This document shows, piece by piece, positions 48,620 to 58,450 of a stretch of DNA of 64,000 nucleotides (positions are counted from its first letter, which is position 1; every line of letters starts with the position of its first letter). The stretch lies in NCBI GenBank assembly GCA_965248435.1, contig OZ252100.1, positions 1,024,001 through 1,088,000 of the forward strand, read 5' to 3'. The position numbers were made by a program, and so were the translations under genes. The notes beneath the pieces were generated by a model that saw nothing but the letters and a program-made list of their open reading frames with translations, was not told the origin of the DNA and made no database searches. Source of the DNA: Candidatus Latescibacterota bacterium. GTDB taxonomy: Bacteria; Latescibacterota; UBA2968; GCA-2709665.

Positions 48620-49066
48620 TTACTGCTCCTTACTCTTGACCAGTTGCTTTCCGTCGAATATCATCTCACCTTTCTCGTAAATACATCCCGTTTTTTCGTC
48701 AAGCTCGTACTTCATCAACTGCCCCAGAGAGAGGTGTTCGAACACTACTTTGGGATCTTTGTACTTTTCAATCAGCTTTTCGATGGGGCCTTCGAATTCA
48801 ATGCGCTTGCGCGTCGGTTTCGCCTTCTCTCGTTGAGCCTGTTCCTCTTTGGAGAGGATCGGCAAGCGTTCGGCGGCGGGGCCCAGTCTGCTCGCATATT
48901 CCTGCCTTTTCCTGTATCGGTCGTGTTGCTTCTCGACCTCGGTCTTCTCTTCCCCCTCATAAAAAGCGGCAACCTGATCCGCTTTGTCGCGAAACTTTTC
49001 CTGCTCTTTCTCTTTCAGATTGTCCCTTCCCGCCTGCCTCAAAATGTCTCTAACCGAGCGGCTCAT
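48620..49066 (-). CDS. Hypothetical charged protein
   Basis: 148-aa ORF with AGGAGG RBS, co-directional with and 17 nt from the HDOD gene. Confidence 0.75.
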   Translation of the reverse strand: MSRSVRDILRQAGRDNLKEKEQEKFRDKADQVAAFYEGEEKTEVEKQHDRYRKRQEYASRLGPAAERLPILSKEEQAQREKAKPTRKRIEFEGPIEKLIEKYKDPKVVFEHLSLGQLMKYELDEKTGCIYEKGEMIFDGKQLVKSKEQ

Positions 49067-49282
49067 TCGTCCTGCCTCCTGAGTCAATTCGAGCCTGTCG
49101 ACCACGGCCGAAGGCGAAACTCAACTAATCATGAAATAGACGACCGGTCCTCTTCGCAGCGCAGCCGACATAAACAGGAGAATACGGCACATTAGGGATG
49201 GGTTCGGGCGACTGCACCAGCGAAGGGAAAACAGATTCTGGACCGAGATCGGGTTAAGGATCAATCCGATTCGACCCCGAAA

Positions 49283-49311
49283 AACATACCTAGCAGGCTG
49301 GTGATTGTCAA
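49283..49311 (-). promoter_or_regulatory. Sigma70-type promoter
   Basis: TTGACA-17 nt-TATGTT. Confidence 0.6.
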
Positions 49312-49510
49312 CGGGTATTTTGATATTGATTGGGCCATTTTCGGCTACAGATGTGCCATTTTCGGACCGGTACGATCCGCGGCGATCTGCTTGCCTGAAA
49401 CCGATTGACTTGCCCGTGGATGCAATTTACTTTACAAATCTCGTTTAGGATCCAACTCCTCAGCCTCGGAACTCTTCCTCCACAGGGTTGGTTCGAAAGG
49501 GACGCATTCG

Positions 49511-50290
49511 GTGATGATCGAATTCGATCGGCTGGTGAAGATCATGAGTCAACTCAGGGGCCCAAAAGGCTGCCCGTGGGACCTCGAACAAACCCACGAG
49601 AGCCTCAAGTCATACCTGGTCGAGGAGGCCTATGAGGTCCTGGATGCGATCGACAGCGGAAATGATCGTGAACTGCGGGAGGAATTAGGCGATGTTCTTC
49701 TTCAGATCGTTTTCCACGCCCAGATCGCGAGCGAGGAGGGACGCTTCGACATCGAGGAGATCTCAGCCTCTCTTTCAGAGAAGCTGCTTCGCAGACATCC
49801 GCACGTCTTTGGAAACACAGAGGTGGCAGATGCGGACGAGGTCTTGAAAAACTGGAAAGCCATAAAATCCCAGGAGGCCCGGGAGAAGGGGGCGAAAGCT
49901 TTCACACTTTCAGGAATTCCACGGCACATGCCAGCACTTCTGAGGGCAGAACGGATTCAGGGAAGGGCTGCCAGCGTCGGATTCGAATGGACAGATCCCG
50001 ACGAGGCGAAAGAAAAGGTCACCGAGGAACTGAAAGAATTTCTGGACGCCCGTTCGACCGGGGACCTGGGAAAGACAGAGGAGGAACTGGGAGACCTGCT
50101 CTTCGCATTGATAAACGTGGCACGCTTCATCCAGGTATCTCCTGAAGAGGCACTTCGAAAGACCATCGACAAATTCGAGACTCGCTTTCGATTCATCGAA
50201 ACGGAGTTGGAAAAGGAGGGCAGGGATCCCCGCAGTGCGAGCCTTGAAGAGATGGATAGGCTCTGGCAGAAGGCAAAAAGGAATGCATAA
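49511..50290 (+). CDS. mazG: Nucleoside triphosphate pyrophosphohydrolase MazG
   Basis: GCPWD.EQTHESL..EE.YE, EELGDVLLQ, RRHPHVFG, second EELGDLLF. Confidence 0.96.
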   Translation: MMIEFDRLVKIMSQLRGPKGCPWDLEQTHESLKSYLVEEAYEVLDAIDSGNDRELREELGDVLLQIVFHAQIASEEGRFDIEEISASLSEKLLRRHPHVFGNTEVADADEVLKNWKAIKSQEAREKGAKAFTLSGIPRHMPALLRAERIQGRAASVGFEWTDPDEAKEKVTEELKEFLDARSTGDLGKTEEELGDLLFALINVARFIQVSPEEALRKTIDKFETRFRFIETELEKEGRDPRSASLEEMDRLWQKAKRNA

Positions 50291-50320
50291 GACCATCCAT
50301 GACGCGAAGGAGACGCCGAA

Positions 50321-51067
50321 ATGAAGAATCCCGTTCGAGAGAGTTTGACCCGGGGCAGGGTGTCCATCGGAGGATGGCTGAATCTGTCCTCCCCGCTGGC
50401 AGCCGAAATCATGGCCAGCTCGGGTTTGGAGTGGCTCACCGTGGACGGCGAACATTCACCATTCGATCTCCCACTCATCGTAGAGACGTTTCGGGCCATC
50501 GAAAACCGTGGAGCAACGCCGTTCATTCGTACCTGGGATCACGACCCGGTAAGCCTCGCACGACTTCTTGATGCCGGGGCCTATGGCATCATTGTCCCGC
50601 ACGTCTCAACGCCACAGCAGGCAGAGGCGATAGCAAAAGCAATGCGCTACCCACCCACGGGAGCTCGCTCCACGGGCACGGGCAGAATCGCGATTTACGG
50701 CAGAGAGTACTACAAGATAGCGAATGACGAAATCCTAGTCATTCCGCAGATCGAGGATATGGAGGGGATCGACAACACAGAGGCGATTATGTCTGTCGAG
50801 GGTATTGACGTCGGCTTCCTGGGACCCGGGGACCTTTCCATCTCAATGGGCGTGGAGCGAGGTTCCCCCTCTCACGAAGAGGCCCTTCAGAAGTTCGCCG
50901 ACGCCTGCAAAAAGGTCGGCAAGCCGTATGGCATCCCCGAGCGCGGCCTTGAAGAGATAAAAAAGCGTATCGATCAGGGGTTCCAGATGATCGACATCGC
51001 CAGTGACCTCAGGACCCTCGAGACTGGCGTTACGACGCAATTGTCCGATGTTCGAGCACTTCTGTAA
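50321..51067 (+). CDS. HpcH/HpaI aldolase family protein
   Basis: VDGEHS, YPPTGARS, QIE, FLGPGDLSISMG. Confidence 0.92.
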   Translation: MKNPVRESLTRGRVSIGGWLNLSSPLAAEIMASSGLEWLTVDGEHSPFDLPLIVETFRAIENRGATPFIRTWDHDPVSLARLLDAGAYGIIVPHVSTPQQAEAIAKAMRYPPTGARSTGTGRIAIYGREYYKIANDEILVIPQIEDMEGIDNTEAIMSVEGIDVGFLGPGDLSISMGVERGSPSHEEALQKFADACKKVGKPYGIPERGLEEIKKRIDQGFQMIDIASDLRTLETGVTTQLSDVRALL

Positions 51068-51095
51068 CACGACCGGCGAGAGGGAGTGGGCTCCG

Positions 51096-51818
51096 TTAGC
51101 TAACCGGGCTTTCTAGAAGGACGGTGACGCCCATGTCGAAGTACTTCTCTCGCAGGTCGGGCGAGTAGCTTCGAACACAGACCGCAGCACTGGTGTCTTC
51201 CAGTGCTTTCACGACGTAGGCCACGCAGTCATCCATTGTATTGAAGACGTGGTGGGGGTGACGTTTCAGATTGAACATCAGGTCAATTGGGCCGAATGAA
51301 AGGCAGTCCACGCCCGATTTTGCAAAAGCGTGCGCCTGCGTGACGGCTTCGACCGACTCGATCTGCATCCACAACACACCAAACTGGTTCCACCAGGCGG
51401 CGTATTCCACCGGATCCGGGTGATCCTTTACCCCTTGCCTCGCCCCCCCACCATAGCTCCTCCCTCCCTCGGGAAGATAGTAGAATGATTCCAGGGCTTC
51501 CTCCACCGTAGATTCTAGCTCCGTCTGAGGAACCTCCACGCCGCAAGGTCCCAGATCCAGGTAATTGCCGATCATATAGGTGTGGCGGGTATGTTTGATT
51601 CGGAACTGGACGTGAACGTCGTGCTCATCCGCCATCTGGCAAAACTCGACCAGTCTCTCTTCGTTAAGCGCAGAGTGCTGACTGTCGACGTTGACGAAGT
51701 CGTAAGGTCCCTGCCCCAGAATCTCCTCGAGGCGGTCTTTGGATGTTGACAGGGGTAAACCCACACCCACAATCCGTTCGCCTGCGTGAATCCGTTTCTT
51801 GAGGCCGGTAAGCGCCAT
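51096..51818 (-). CDS. HpcH/HpaI aldolase family protein (divergent)
   Basis: VDSQHS, MQIES, FGPIDLMF. Confidence 0.85.
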   Translation of the reverse strand: MALTGLKKRIHAGERIVGVGLPLSTSKDRLEEILGQGPYDFVNVDSQHSALNEERLVEFCQMADEHDVHVQFRIKHTRHTYMIGNYLDLGPCGVEVPQTELESTVEEALESFYYLPEGGRSYGGGARQGVKDHPDPVEYAAWWNQFGVLWMQIESVEAVTQAHAFAKSGVDCLSFGPIDLMFNLKRHPHHVFNTMDDCVAYVVKALEDTSAAVCVRSYSPDLREKYFDMGVTVLLESPVS

Positions 51819-51950
51819 TTGCTATTCTCCTTTCTTCGTCTGAATTCTCGATTTACTTGCTCAACTTTCGATAATTACATCCTCGGGCTTCGTGCCCTCG
51901 AGGGCTTTGACAACGTAGGCCACGCGGTCCGCCTTCTAAAGGAAACTCCC

Positions 51951-52544
51951 ATGAACGTAAACGTCAAGGAGATTAGCGTTCCCTACGAATTCAAACTCCC
52001 GAGCGGACGCGTCCTGTTTAGAGTAGAAGAGGTTCGACTCTCCTACGAACAGTTCGATGGGAGCATGGGATCTGACGTGACCCGAGTCAATTTTGAGCGA
52101 GGCGACGCCGTTGGAGCACTGCTTTACGAAGAGGAAACTGGCAAGGTCATCCTTGTGGAGCAATTCCGCTATCCCGTCTATGCCAGAGACGCTCAAAAGG
52201 GCTGGATGCTCGAGATCGTCGCAGGCATCAAAGATGATGAAGGTAGGGTCGTTGCTCGGAGGGAGATTCTGGAAGAGACTGGCTTAGAACCGACCAGCCC
52301 CCTCGAACATTTGACGGATTTCTACGTCAGCCCCGGAGGAACATCTGAAAGGGTTGAGCTTTACCTTGCAAGGGTTCAAGAAACGGGAAGCCTTCAAGAG
52401 AACACTGGGATCGCGGCCGAATCGGAGGATACTCGCACGCACGCCATTCCCCTTGCTGAAGCACTCCAGATGGTGGAAGATGGACGAATCGAAGACGGGA
52501 AGACCATCCTCGCGCTGCTGATGCTCAAGCAGCTCCTCGATTAG
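51951..52544 (+). CDS. NUDIX hydrolase (ADP-ribose/NDP-sugar pyrophosphatase family)
   Basis: LVEQFRYP, AG..ARREILEETG, SPGGTSE, DGKT. Confidence 0.92.
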   Translation: MNVNVKEISVPYEFKLPSGRVLFRVEEVRLSYEQFDGSMGSDVTRVNFERGDAVGALLYEEETGKVILVEQFRYPVYARDAQKGWMLEIVAGIKDDEGRVVARREILEETGLEPTSPLEHLTDFYVSPGGTSERVELYLARVQETGSLQENTGIAAESEDTRTHAIPLAEALQMVEDGRIEDGKTILALLMLKQLLD

Positions 52545-52574
52545 TCTCGACTTCCATAAGCGTCACGATTCTGC

Positions 52575-52919
52575 CTACAGGACCTCCAACACATTTTCGG
52601 GCGGTCGCCCGAGCCGGGCCTCGTTCCCCATTACGACAATCGGCCTTTCGATCAGGATCGGATTTGCCACCATCAGCCTGATCAATTCCTTTCTATCATC
52701 CTGCTGGTCGGGTAGGCCAAGATCCTTGTACTCTTTTCTCCGGATCAGATCGATAGGCTCCATCCCGAGCATTCCCAGGATCCGAGCCAGGGCCTCCGCG
52801 TCCGGCGGTGTCTTCAGATACTCCACGATCTTCGGCTCAACGCCCCTCTCATGGAGGAGTTTCAGCGCCTGTCGGCTCTTGCTGCACTTGGGATTGTGAT
52901 AGATGATCACATCGCCCAC
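52575..52919 (-). CDS. arsC: Arsenate reductase (ArsC/Spx family)
   Basis: IYHNPKCSKSR, P.LIERPIV, RLGRPPE. Confidence 0.9.
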   Translation of the reverse strand: MGDVIIYHNPKCSKSRQALKLLHERGVEPKIVEYLKTPPDAEALARILGMLGMEPIDLIRRKEYKDLGLPDQQDDRKELIRLMVANPILIERPIVVMGNEARLGRPPENVLEVL

Positions 52920-52940
52920 GTCATGCCTCCTGGTCTTCCC

Positions 52941-53924
52941 TCAACCCCTTACGTTTACCGGCCGCTTCCTGGACGCGGACCTGTATACAGCCTGTGAGAG
53001 CTTCGCGACCCAGACGGCGTAATCGGGAGGCGCATAGCCTCTGCCCCCGTTTCGAATGAAGCGGAAGAATTCGGTATCCGGCGTCGTCTCCTTAATCCGC
53101 GTCGGGACATCTACCGGTTCGTCGTTGAACAGGAAAGATTTTTCTTTCCACTGATGCTGGCGAATTACGATCCCGCCCTTACTCCCGTGGATCGCAAGCC
53201 GCTCATCGTGAATGGCCCCGTTGCCGACCGTGCTCAGGGTCCCGACGGCACCCCCCTTGAACCGCACGGTCAGGACCGTATTGATATCGATCCCTTCCTT
53301 CAAGTGCTCAACAAAGGCCGATACTTCTGTGGGGATCAGCCCGGTCATCCAGAGTACCACTGCGACCATATGACTCCCCGTGTCCATAAACATCCCGCCC
53401 CCTGAGAGCTTCGGATTCAATCGCCACCCCCCCACGCCCAGCCAATTCTGCGTTACAAAGCCAACGACTCCGCGAAGGTCTCCAAGGGCACCCTTCTGTA
53501 TCAGCTCTTGCGCGTAGAGAAAAGAAGCGTGGAAGTGTCTTTGATAGCTGACCATCAGCACGCGCCCTCTCTTCTTTGCAAGGGCAAGCAGTGCCCTGTT
53601 CTGTCGTGACGAAAGCGTGAGCGGCTTCTCGACCAGGACGTGGAGTCCCGCCTGTAAGGCCCGGCGCGCCTGTTCGTAATGCAGTGCGTGAGGCGAGCTG
53701 ATTATGACCGCGTCCAGAGCTTCCTGTCGGACCATCTCTCTGTAGTCGACGTGATAGGCCACCTTCTCACCCCACCGCGCCTCCAGAGCCGCGGCCTGGT
53801 GCTCTACAGGATCAGAAACCGCAGTCACGACCGCGTTCCCGTCGGCTTGGATGCGCGGAATGTGCGCACCCCTCATGTTGCTGCCACAGCCGATCAATCC
53901 GAGTTTGATCTTCTTCTTTGCCAC
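52941..53924 (-). CDS. Gfo/Idh/MocA oxidoreductase
   Basis: LGLIGCG, HVLVEKP, GGGMFMDTGSH. Confidence 0.93.
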   Translation of the reverse strand: MAKKKIKLGLIGCGSNMRGAHIPRIQADGNAVVTAVSDPVEHQAAALEARWGEKVAYHVDYREMVRQEALDAVIISSPHALHYEQARRALQAGLHVLVEKPLTLSSRQNRALLALAKKRGRVLMVSYQRHFHASFLYAQELIQKGALGDLRGVVGFVTQNWLGVGGWRLNPKLSGGGMFMDTGSHMVAVVLWMTGLIPTEVSAFVEHLKEGIDINTVLTVRFKGGAVGTLSTVGNGAIHDERLAIHGSKGGIVIRQHQWKEKSFLFNDEPVDVPTRIKETTPDTEFFRFIRNGGRGYAPPDYAVWVAKLSQAVYRSASRKRPVNVRG

Positions 53925-54016
53925 TCCTTGGATTCTCCTCCTCGTAGAAGGCATTTCTTTGCCCGGCTGTGACCCGAACGCGCCGCTGAAACCCGAATGA
54001 CTCCGCTACTCGGCTA

Positions 54017-54046
54017 GCCGTCCGCGGTCTGCCGTCCGCTGTCCGC
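54017..54046. repeat. Heptamer tandem repeat, about 4 copies
   Basis: GCCGTCC GCGGTCT GCCGTCC GCTGTCC GC immediately past the stop of the CopD-like gene. Confidence 0.6.
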
Positions 54047-54050
54047 ATTC

Positions 54051-54488
54051 CTACATTCTCCTCAGGTAGGCCGAAAGGAACACCACGATCACGGCGAGCA
54101 CGACATTTACCGCGAGCAGCTGTTTTCGTCGTGTTTTCAAAGAGGAAAAGAGGTCGCCGGGTGTGGTCAGCAAGAAGGCGATCCCGAAGATGACCAGGGC
54201 CAGTAGAATCTTAGTCAGCAGGATGTGTAGATAGGCGGGTGCGGCCGCCAGGCCTCCCCTCATCGCCACCATGCCGACATTGTAAAGTCCGGTAAAAAAA
54301 AGCACCGCGATGCTGACCCACAAGATCGGACGAAATCGCTTCATCACCCCGTCCGTCAGCTGCCGCTGCTGCACCTCATCCAGTGATCGGGAAGCAGGCA
54401 GCAGCACGAACCTCAGAAAAAAGCTACCCCCTATAGCCACGATAGCCGACAGGAGATGCAGCCATTGAATCGCGATTCGCATCCTCAT
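54051..54488 (-). CDS. CopD-like four-TM membrane protein
   Basis: WLHLLSAIVAIGG.FF, TGLYN, KILLAL; AAAGGAG RBS. Confidence 0.78.
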   Translation of the reverse strand: MRMRIAIQWLHLLSAIVAIGGSFFLRFVLLPASRSLDEVQQRQLTDGVMKRFRPILWVSIAVLFFTGLYNVGMVAMRGGLAAAPAYLHILLTKILLALVIFGIAFLLTTPGDLFSSLKTRRKQLLAVNVVLAVIVVFLSAYLRRM

Positions 54489-54770
54489 TGCTCCTTTCCT
54501 GGGCAGGAAATGGACTCGCACGCCTCGGCGTACGTAAATTGCTCGTTTCCGAATCTATGGATCGTTGTCCTAATACGGAGGCTCGTGAATGATGACAAAC
54601 TACAAGGCAGGCATCGCCTGGCTTCGCGGGACAGGCTGGCTGTATGAAGTAGCGAACGACCGCCCACGCAGCTGGGGCCGAGTGGGACGCCAGTAGGAAT
54701 GGCGCCGATGCACGATGATCGTGATCCACCCCCGACAGCGCATCCGAGCAATGCGCGATCTGACCCGGGC

Positions 54771-55822
54771 TTAATTCATTCGCTGAAGGTCGCGAGCCCA
54801 CACACGCTGCAATTGCCCACTTTCCAGCATCCCCAGGAGTGGGTTCTCGGGTCCCGAGTAAGGAAAATCGACCCTCGCCCCGAGGCGCTTCGATTCGTAG
54901 ATCGCAAATGCCATTTCCAGTGCGGCCCTCGCATCTCTTCCGCTGGATATACTTTCCTCACCGTGCTCTACACACGCCACGAGTTCATTGATGGCGGTCT
55001 CGAAAAGGTCATTCACCTCCCCTTCGATCACTTCGCCATCCCTGAACGAGCTGGGGTCCGGGCCATCCTCCCCCGCGCGCCAGACCCGGATCAAAGGCCG
55101 CCAGCCATCGAAATTTCGGGCCTCGATCTTTCCGGTGCTTCCCTCCAGGATGATCGACTCATACCGATAGTCGGTCCCCGCCCCGGAGAGATAGGTGCCC
55201 CGAGCGCCGGTCTGGAATCTGAAAAAGGCGGTGACACACTCTTGATTCGACTCGCGGGTCAGATTCCGATCGATATCTGCAAGGACCCAGTCCGGCTCCC
55301 CTGCGAAGAATCGAAACGCATCCAAAGCGTGAGTCGCATTGTGGAAGAGCGAACCCTGGTCCCCGGTGTAGAGCACGCTGACACTTTGAAGGTCACCGAT
55401 TTCTCCCTGATCGACCCATTCCTTTATTTTGCGGTAGTTCACCTCGAACCGCATGGAATGATCCACTGCAAGCCGCGCCCCCGCTTCGTCACAGGCCTCG
55501 ATCATCCGGTCCGCATCCGCCAGGCTGAGTGCGATCGGCTTCTCACAGAAGATTCGCTTGACGCCTGCTTCTGCCGACCTTATGACGGGATCCACGTGCT
55601 CTTCATTTCGCGTGCAGACGCTGATGAAGTCGAGCTCTTCATTTTCGAGCATCTCTTCATACGTCTTGTAGATCCCGGTAAAACGCAATTCGGCCGCCAA
55701 CGCTTCAACCTTCTCCACGAACAGGTCCGCTGCTGCAACGAGATGAATCCCCTTCATCCTGGCGTAGGCCTGGGCGTGCCGACTCCCCAGTTTCCACAAC
55801 CTATCACGGCGGCGCGATACAT
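54771..55822 (-). pseudogene. Gfo/Idh/MocA oxidoreductase with a 1-nt frameshift in codon 10-11
   Basis: AGGAGG RBS + MYRAAVIGCG in one frame; KLGSRHA..CEKP..HNATH in another; total length is 3n-1. Confidence 0.85.
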
Positions 55823-55981
55823 CTCAGCCCTCCTGTTTTGTCCAAAGTGGCCACAAAATTCTGTCTAGTATAGCGAATTCCGATCCGAGCAACAACGTAT
55901 CTCGTATCTCGGGGCCATACATGCACACAGGGGCACGGCGAGCCTGTCCGTGCCCTACACAATATTCCTGTTCGAGGCCAC

Positions 55982-56013
55982 AAAAAAGGGCCCCACGCTA
56001 CACATAGGGCCCT
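55982..56013 (-). terminator. Intrinsic terminator
   Basis: AGGGCCC/GGGCCCT stem followed by a T run on the minus strand. Confidence 0.65.
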
Positions 56014-56041
56014 CCTAGTATGACATCCACTGGTGTTGCTT

Positions 56042-57199
56042 CTACTGGAAAGTTTCCGAGTCCTGCCAGAAGGTCGCCCAGGCGAACCAGAACGCATTGT
56101 GAGAGGGTACCTGCTGGAGCTGCTTTCCCTTGAGTTCGCCGTCGAGCGCCTCTCCGAGCAGGTTCCAGCTCGAACCCGTCCCATTGTCCTTCATGTAGAA
56201 GGGGAAGATGGCGCTCTCTGAGGCGATCGAATCGAACGTCAGCTTCTGGCCATCGACCGTGCTGAAGTAGGCAACAGTGAACGCTTCGGCCATGTGAGAG
56301 ACCACGACGATATCGTTTCCTGCCACATTGTCGTTGATCAGGGAATTGGTGCTCAGAGCCGTGAAAAGGTAAGCCTTGGCTTCCTCTCCGAACCGGATTC
56401 CGAGGGTCAGTCGCTTCGGCTCGTGTTGTGCGACGAGCGGATTCGACGCGAGGGGTGGAAACGTCTCATAGAATGGAGAAGACTGAAGCGACTTGTTGTT
56501 TCCATACGGATAGGTTAGATACTGCCCTATGGGGTAGACACCGTTATTCCCGCTCACGACTTTTGTATCCGGATAAAGCTGCTTCCAGTACCGCCAGGTT
56601 GTCTCTATGACAGGCAGCAGTTCCAGCTCCTCGCCTATGCGCGGGCCGAAAAACGCCTTGTAGGTCATCTGTGGATACAGCGTCCCGCCGTCTCGACGAT
56701 CATACATCACGAGGTTGTTGTTGAACAGCCAGCCTGAAACGCCCATGCCGATACGACCGCCGTCTGCCGCTACCCCGTTGAATACCATGCCCGTCTCCGT
56801 CAACGGGCAGAGCGTTGCGACGATCGGCACGCCACCCACGACATCGTTCACGATTTCGTGATGCCAACCGATATTGTGCGGATAGGCCCTCGCCTCACCG
56901 TTGATCACCACGCCCATCACGATATCGGTTTCGCCAACGTAACTGGCTTCAAAGTCACCGGGATCGGCAAGGGGGGGATCGGTCAGGGCGGGGATGCCGT
57001 CCTTTCCAGGCCCCCCGTCCCTGAGCTGGTCGACAGGAAATTTGCTTATGTCCAGAAAGTTCGGTCCGGAGCTGACGGTCGGCCCTGCACTCCCTCCGCC
57101 GCCACCTGCGTTGGACCCCCCGGTCCCTGAATCGCCGCCACATCCGAAAATACCCAGCCCCAGAAGCAGTAGAAGACCTTTGGAAAGTGGGTTTTTCAT
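56042..57199 (-). CDS. DUF3179 domain lipoprotein
   Basis: Lipobox IFGC; GGPGKDGIPAL, HEIVND, CPL, NLVMYDR, FWFAW. Confidence 0.88.
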   Translation of the reverse strand: MKNPLSKGLLLLLGLGIFGCGGDSGTGGSNAGGGGGSAGPTVSSGPNFLDISKFPVDQLRDGGPGKDGIPALTDPPLADPGDFEASYVGETDIVMGVVINGEARAYPHNIGWHHEIVNDVVGGVPIVATLCPLTETGMVFNGVAADGGRIGMGVSGWLFNNNLVMYDRRDGGTLYPQMTYKAFFGPRIGEELELLPVIETTWRYWKQLYPDTKVVSGNNGVYPIGQYLTYPYGNNKSLQSSPFYETFPPLASNPLVAQHEPKRLTLGIRFGEEAKAYLFTALSTNSLINDNVAGNDIVVVSHMAEAFTVAYFSTVDGQKLTFDSIASESAIFPFYMKDNGTGSSWNLLGEALDGELKGKQLQQVPSHNAFWFAWATFWQDSETFQ

Positions 57200-57399
57200 A
57201 TCGCCATCTCCTTGCCAGGAGCCCGCGCCAGCAAAAAAAGTCTAAATCCCCTCATTCAGGGTGCAAGACCTGTGCCGCAAATCGAGATCATCCAGACTTT
57301 TGCGCAAAGGAGTATGTATCATACTATTAATAAACGATATATGCGCCAAAACCTCGAGTCGCAAAGCTTCCCCCCGATTCGAAGGATTCTAACCCTATT

Positions 57400-57427
57400 A
57401 TTATAGTCGAACGCGAGGATGTGTCAA
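57400..57427 (-). promoter_or_regulatory. Consensus sigma70 promoter
   Basis: TTGACA-16 nt-TATAAT. Confidence 0.7.
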
Positions 57428-57500
57428 CCGGGCCTGGCGACGCCCGCTCTATCCTTGTAAACCGCTGAAGCACATAAAGGTTCCTCTCAACTGCTCTGCA

Positions 57501-58430
57501 TCAACCCTCCGGCCTCGGATGAACCACGCACCCAAGGGAATCCATGGCCGCAGAACCGAAGAGACCGATCCCACCCTCGATGCGAAACAGGGGCCGTTCG
57601 AAATTGTCCCCGGCGAGGTTCCCGAAATTGCCACCCTCGTTTTCCGGGCTGGACCGTACAAAGTCGAACCAGTTTTCGTCCAGCGCATAGATCTTGATAA
57701 TGTGCCTACCGGCGAAAGCAACCGCAAACCACGGCAGGCGAAGTCTGCCGTCCGGAGCGACGAAGGCAGGGGAACTCTCCTCCCGGTTCAGGTCCGCGTA
57801 GTCGGATTCATCCAGAAAGTCTGCCTCGAGGACGCGCTCTGAACCAGGATCGAGGCTGAAGACCCCCGCCTGATAGCCCGGTACATCCAAGGGCTCGAAT
57901 CGGACCTCCAGCAGCCCGTCCAGGTAGGTCACTTGATTCTCTGGAGCAGTGAAGACAAGATCGATCCCATCACTAAAGGTCTTGAATTGGCGCCTCACTT
58001 CAAGCGTCTCCTCATCCAGTAAGACCGCCTCTCGGATCTGGAAAGGCTCCGGCGTGCGGGTCGCCGCACGGACCTCACGGCCGTCAACGCTTACCACAAG
58101 GCCGTATTCCGTGTTCGGCAACACCGTGGATGGTTCTCCTAAGGGAAGGTAGCGACCTGCCGAATCGGGGTCTGCCTGATAAGAAAAACTCTGATCTCCC
58201 TGTCGTATCTCGACATCCGCCCCGAACACGGCTGCCATCTCACGGCGGTACTCCCGACCGGGTGAGACCGTCCTGTGGAGGAAAAGGTCAGGCAGCGGAT
58301 GGCCCACGATCAGCAGCGCGTCCACGACCAGGGTTCCTTCTTCAGACGGCCCGAAAAGATCTCCGGTTCCACGGTCTGCAGAGCAGGCAACAATCAGAAC
58401 TGAACTCGCAATCGGGAGGATCCCTTTCAA
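57501..58430 (-). CDS. DUF4249-like lipoprotein (TonB receptor partner)
   Basis: Lipobox LIVAC; LVVDALL; C-terminal IEGGIGLFGS; TTG start after AGGAG. Confidence 0.75.
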   Translation of the reverse strand: MKGILPIASSVLIVACSADRGTGDLFGPSEEGTLVVDALLIVGHPLPDLFLHRTVSPGREYRREMAAVFGADVEIRQGDQSFSYQADPDSAGRYLPLGEPSTVLPNTEYGLVVSVDGREVRAATRTPEPFQIREAVLLDEETLEVRRQFKTFSDGIDLVFTAPENQVTYLDGLLEVRFEPLDVPGYQAGVFSLDPGSERVLEADFLDESDYADLNREESSPAFVAPDGRLRLPWFAVAFAGRHIIKIYALDENWFDFVRSSPENEGGNFGNLAGDNFERPLFRIEGGIGLFGSAAMDSLGCVVHPRPEG

Positions 58431-58450
58431 GAACGATCTCCTTTTCTTCT

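Noticed and set aside
54520-54770. Structured ncRNA in the intergenic region
   Set aside because: Several short hairpins, but these are expected in GC-rich DNA; no promoter, terminator or known motif
54699-55868. 389-aa + strand ORF and similar long antisense ORFs (e.g. 20950-21954, 47676-48545)
   Set aside because: Shadow ORFs opposite well-supported genes, with no motifs of their own
56042-57199. Additional selenoproteins (DUF3179; also ArsC at 52575-52919)
   Set aside because: Both have Cys at the relevant positions and no in-frame UGA
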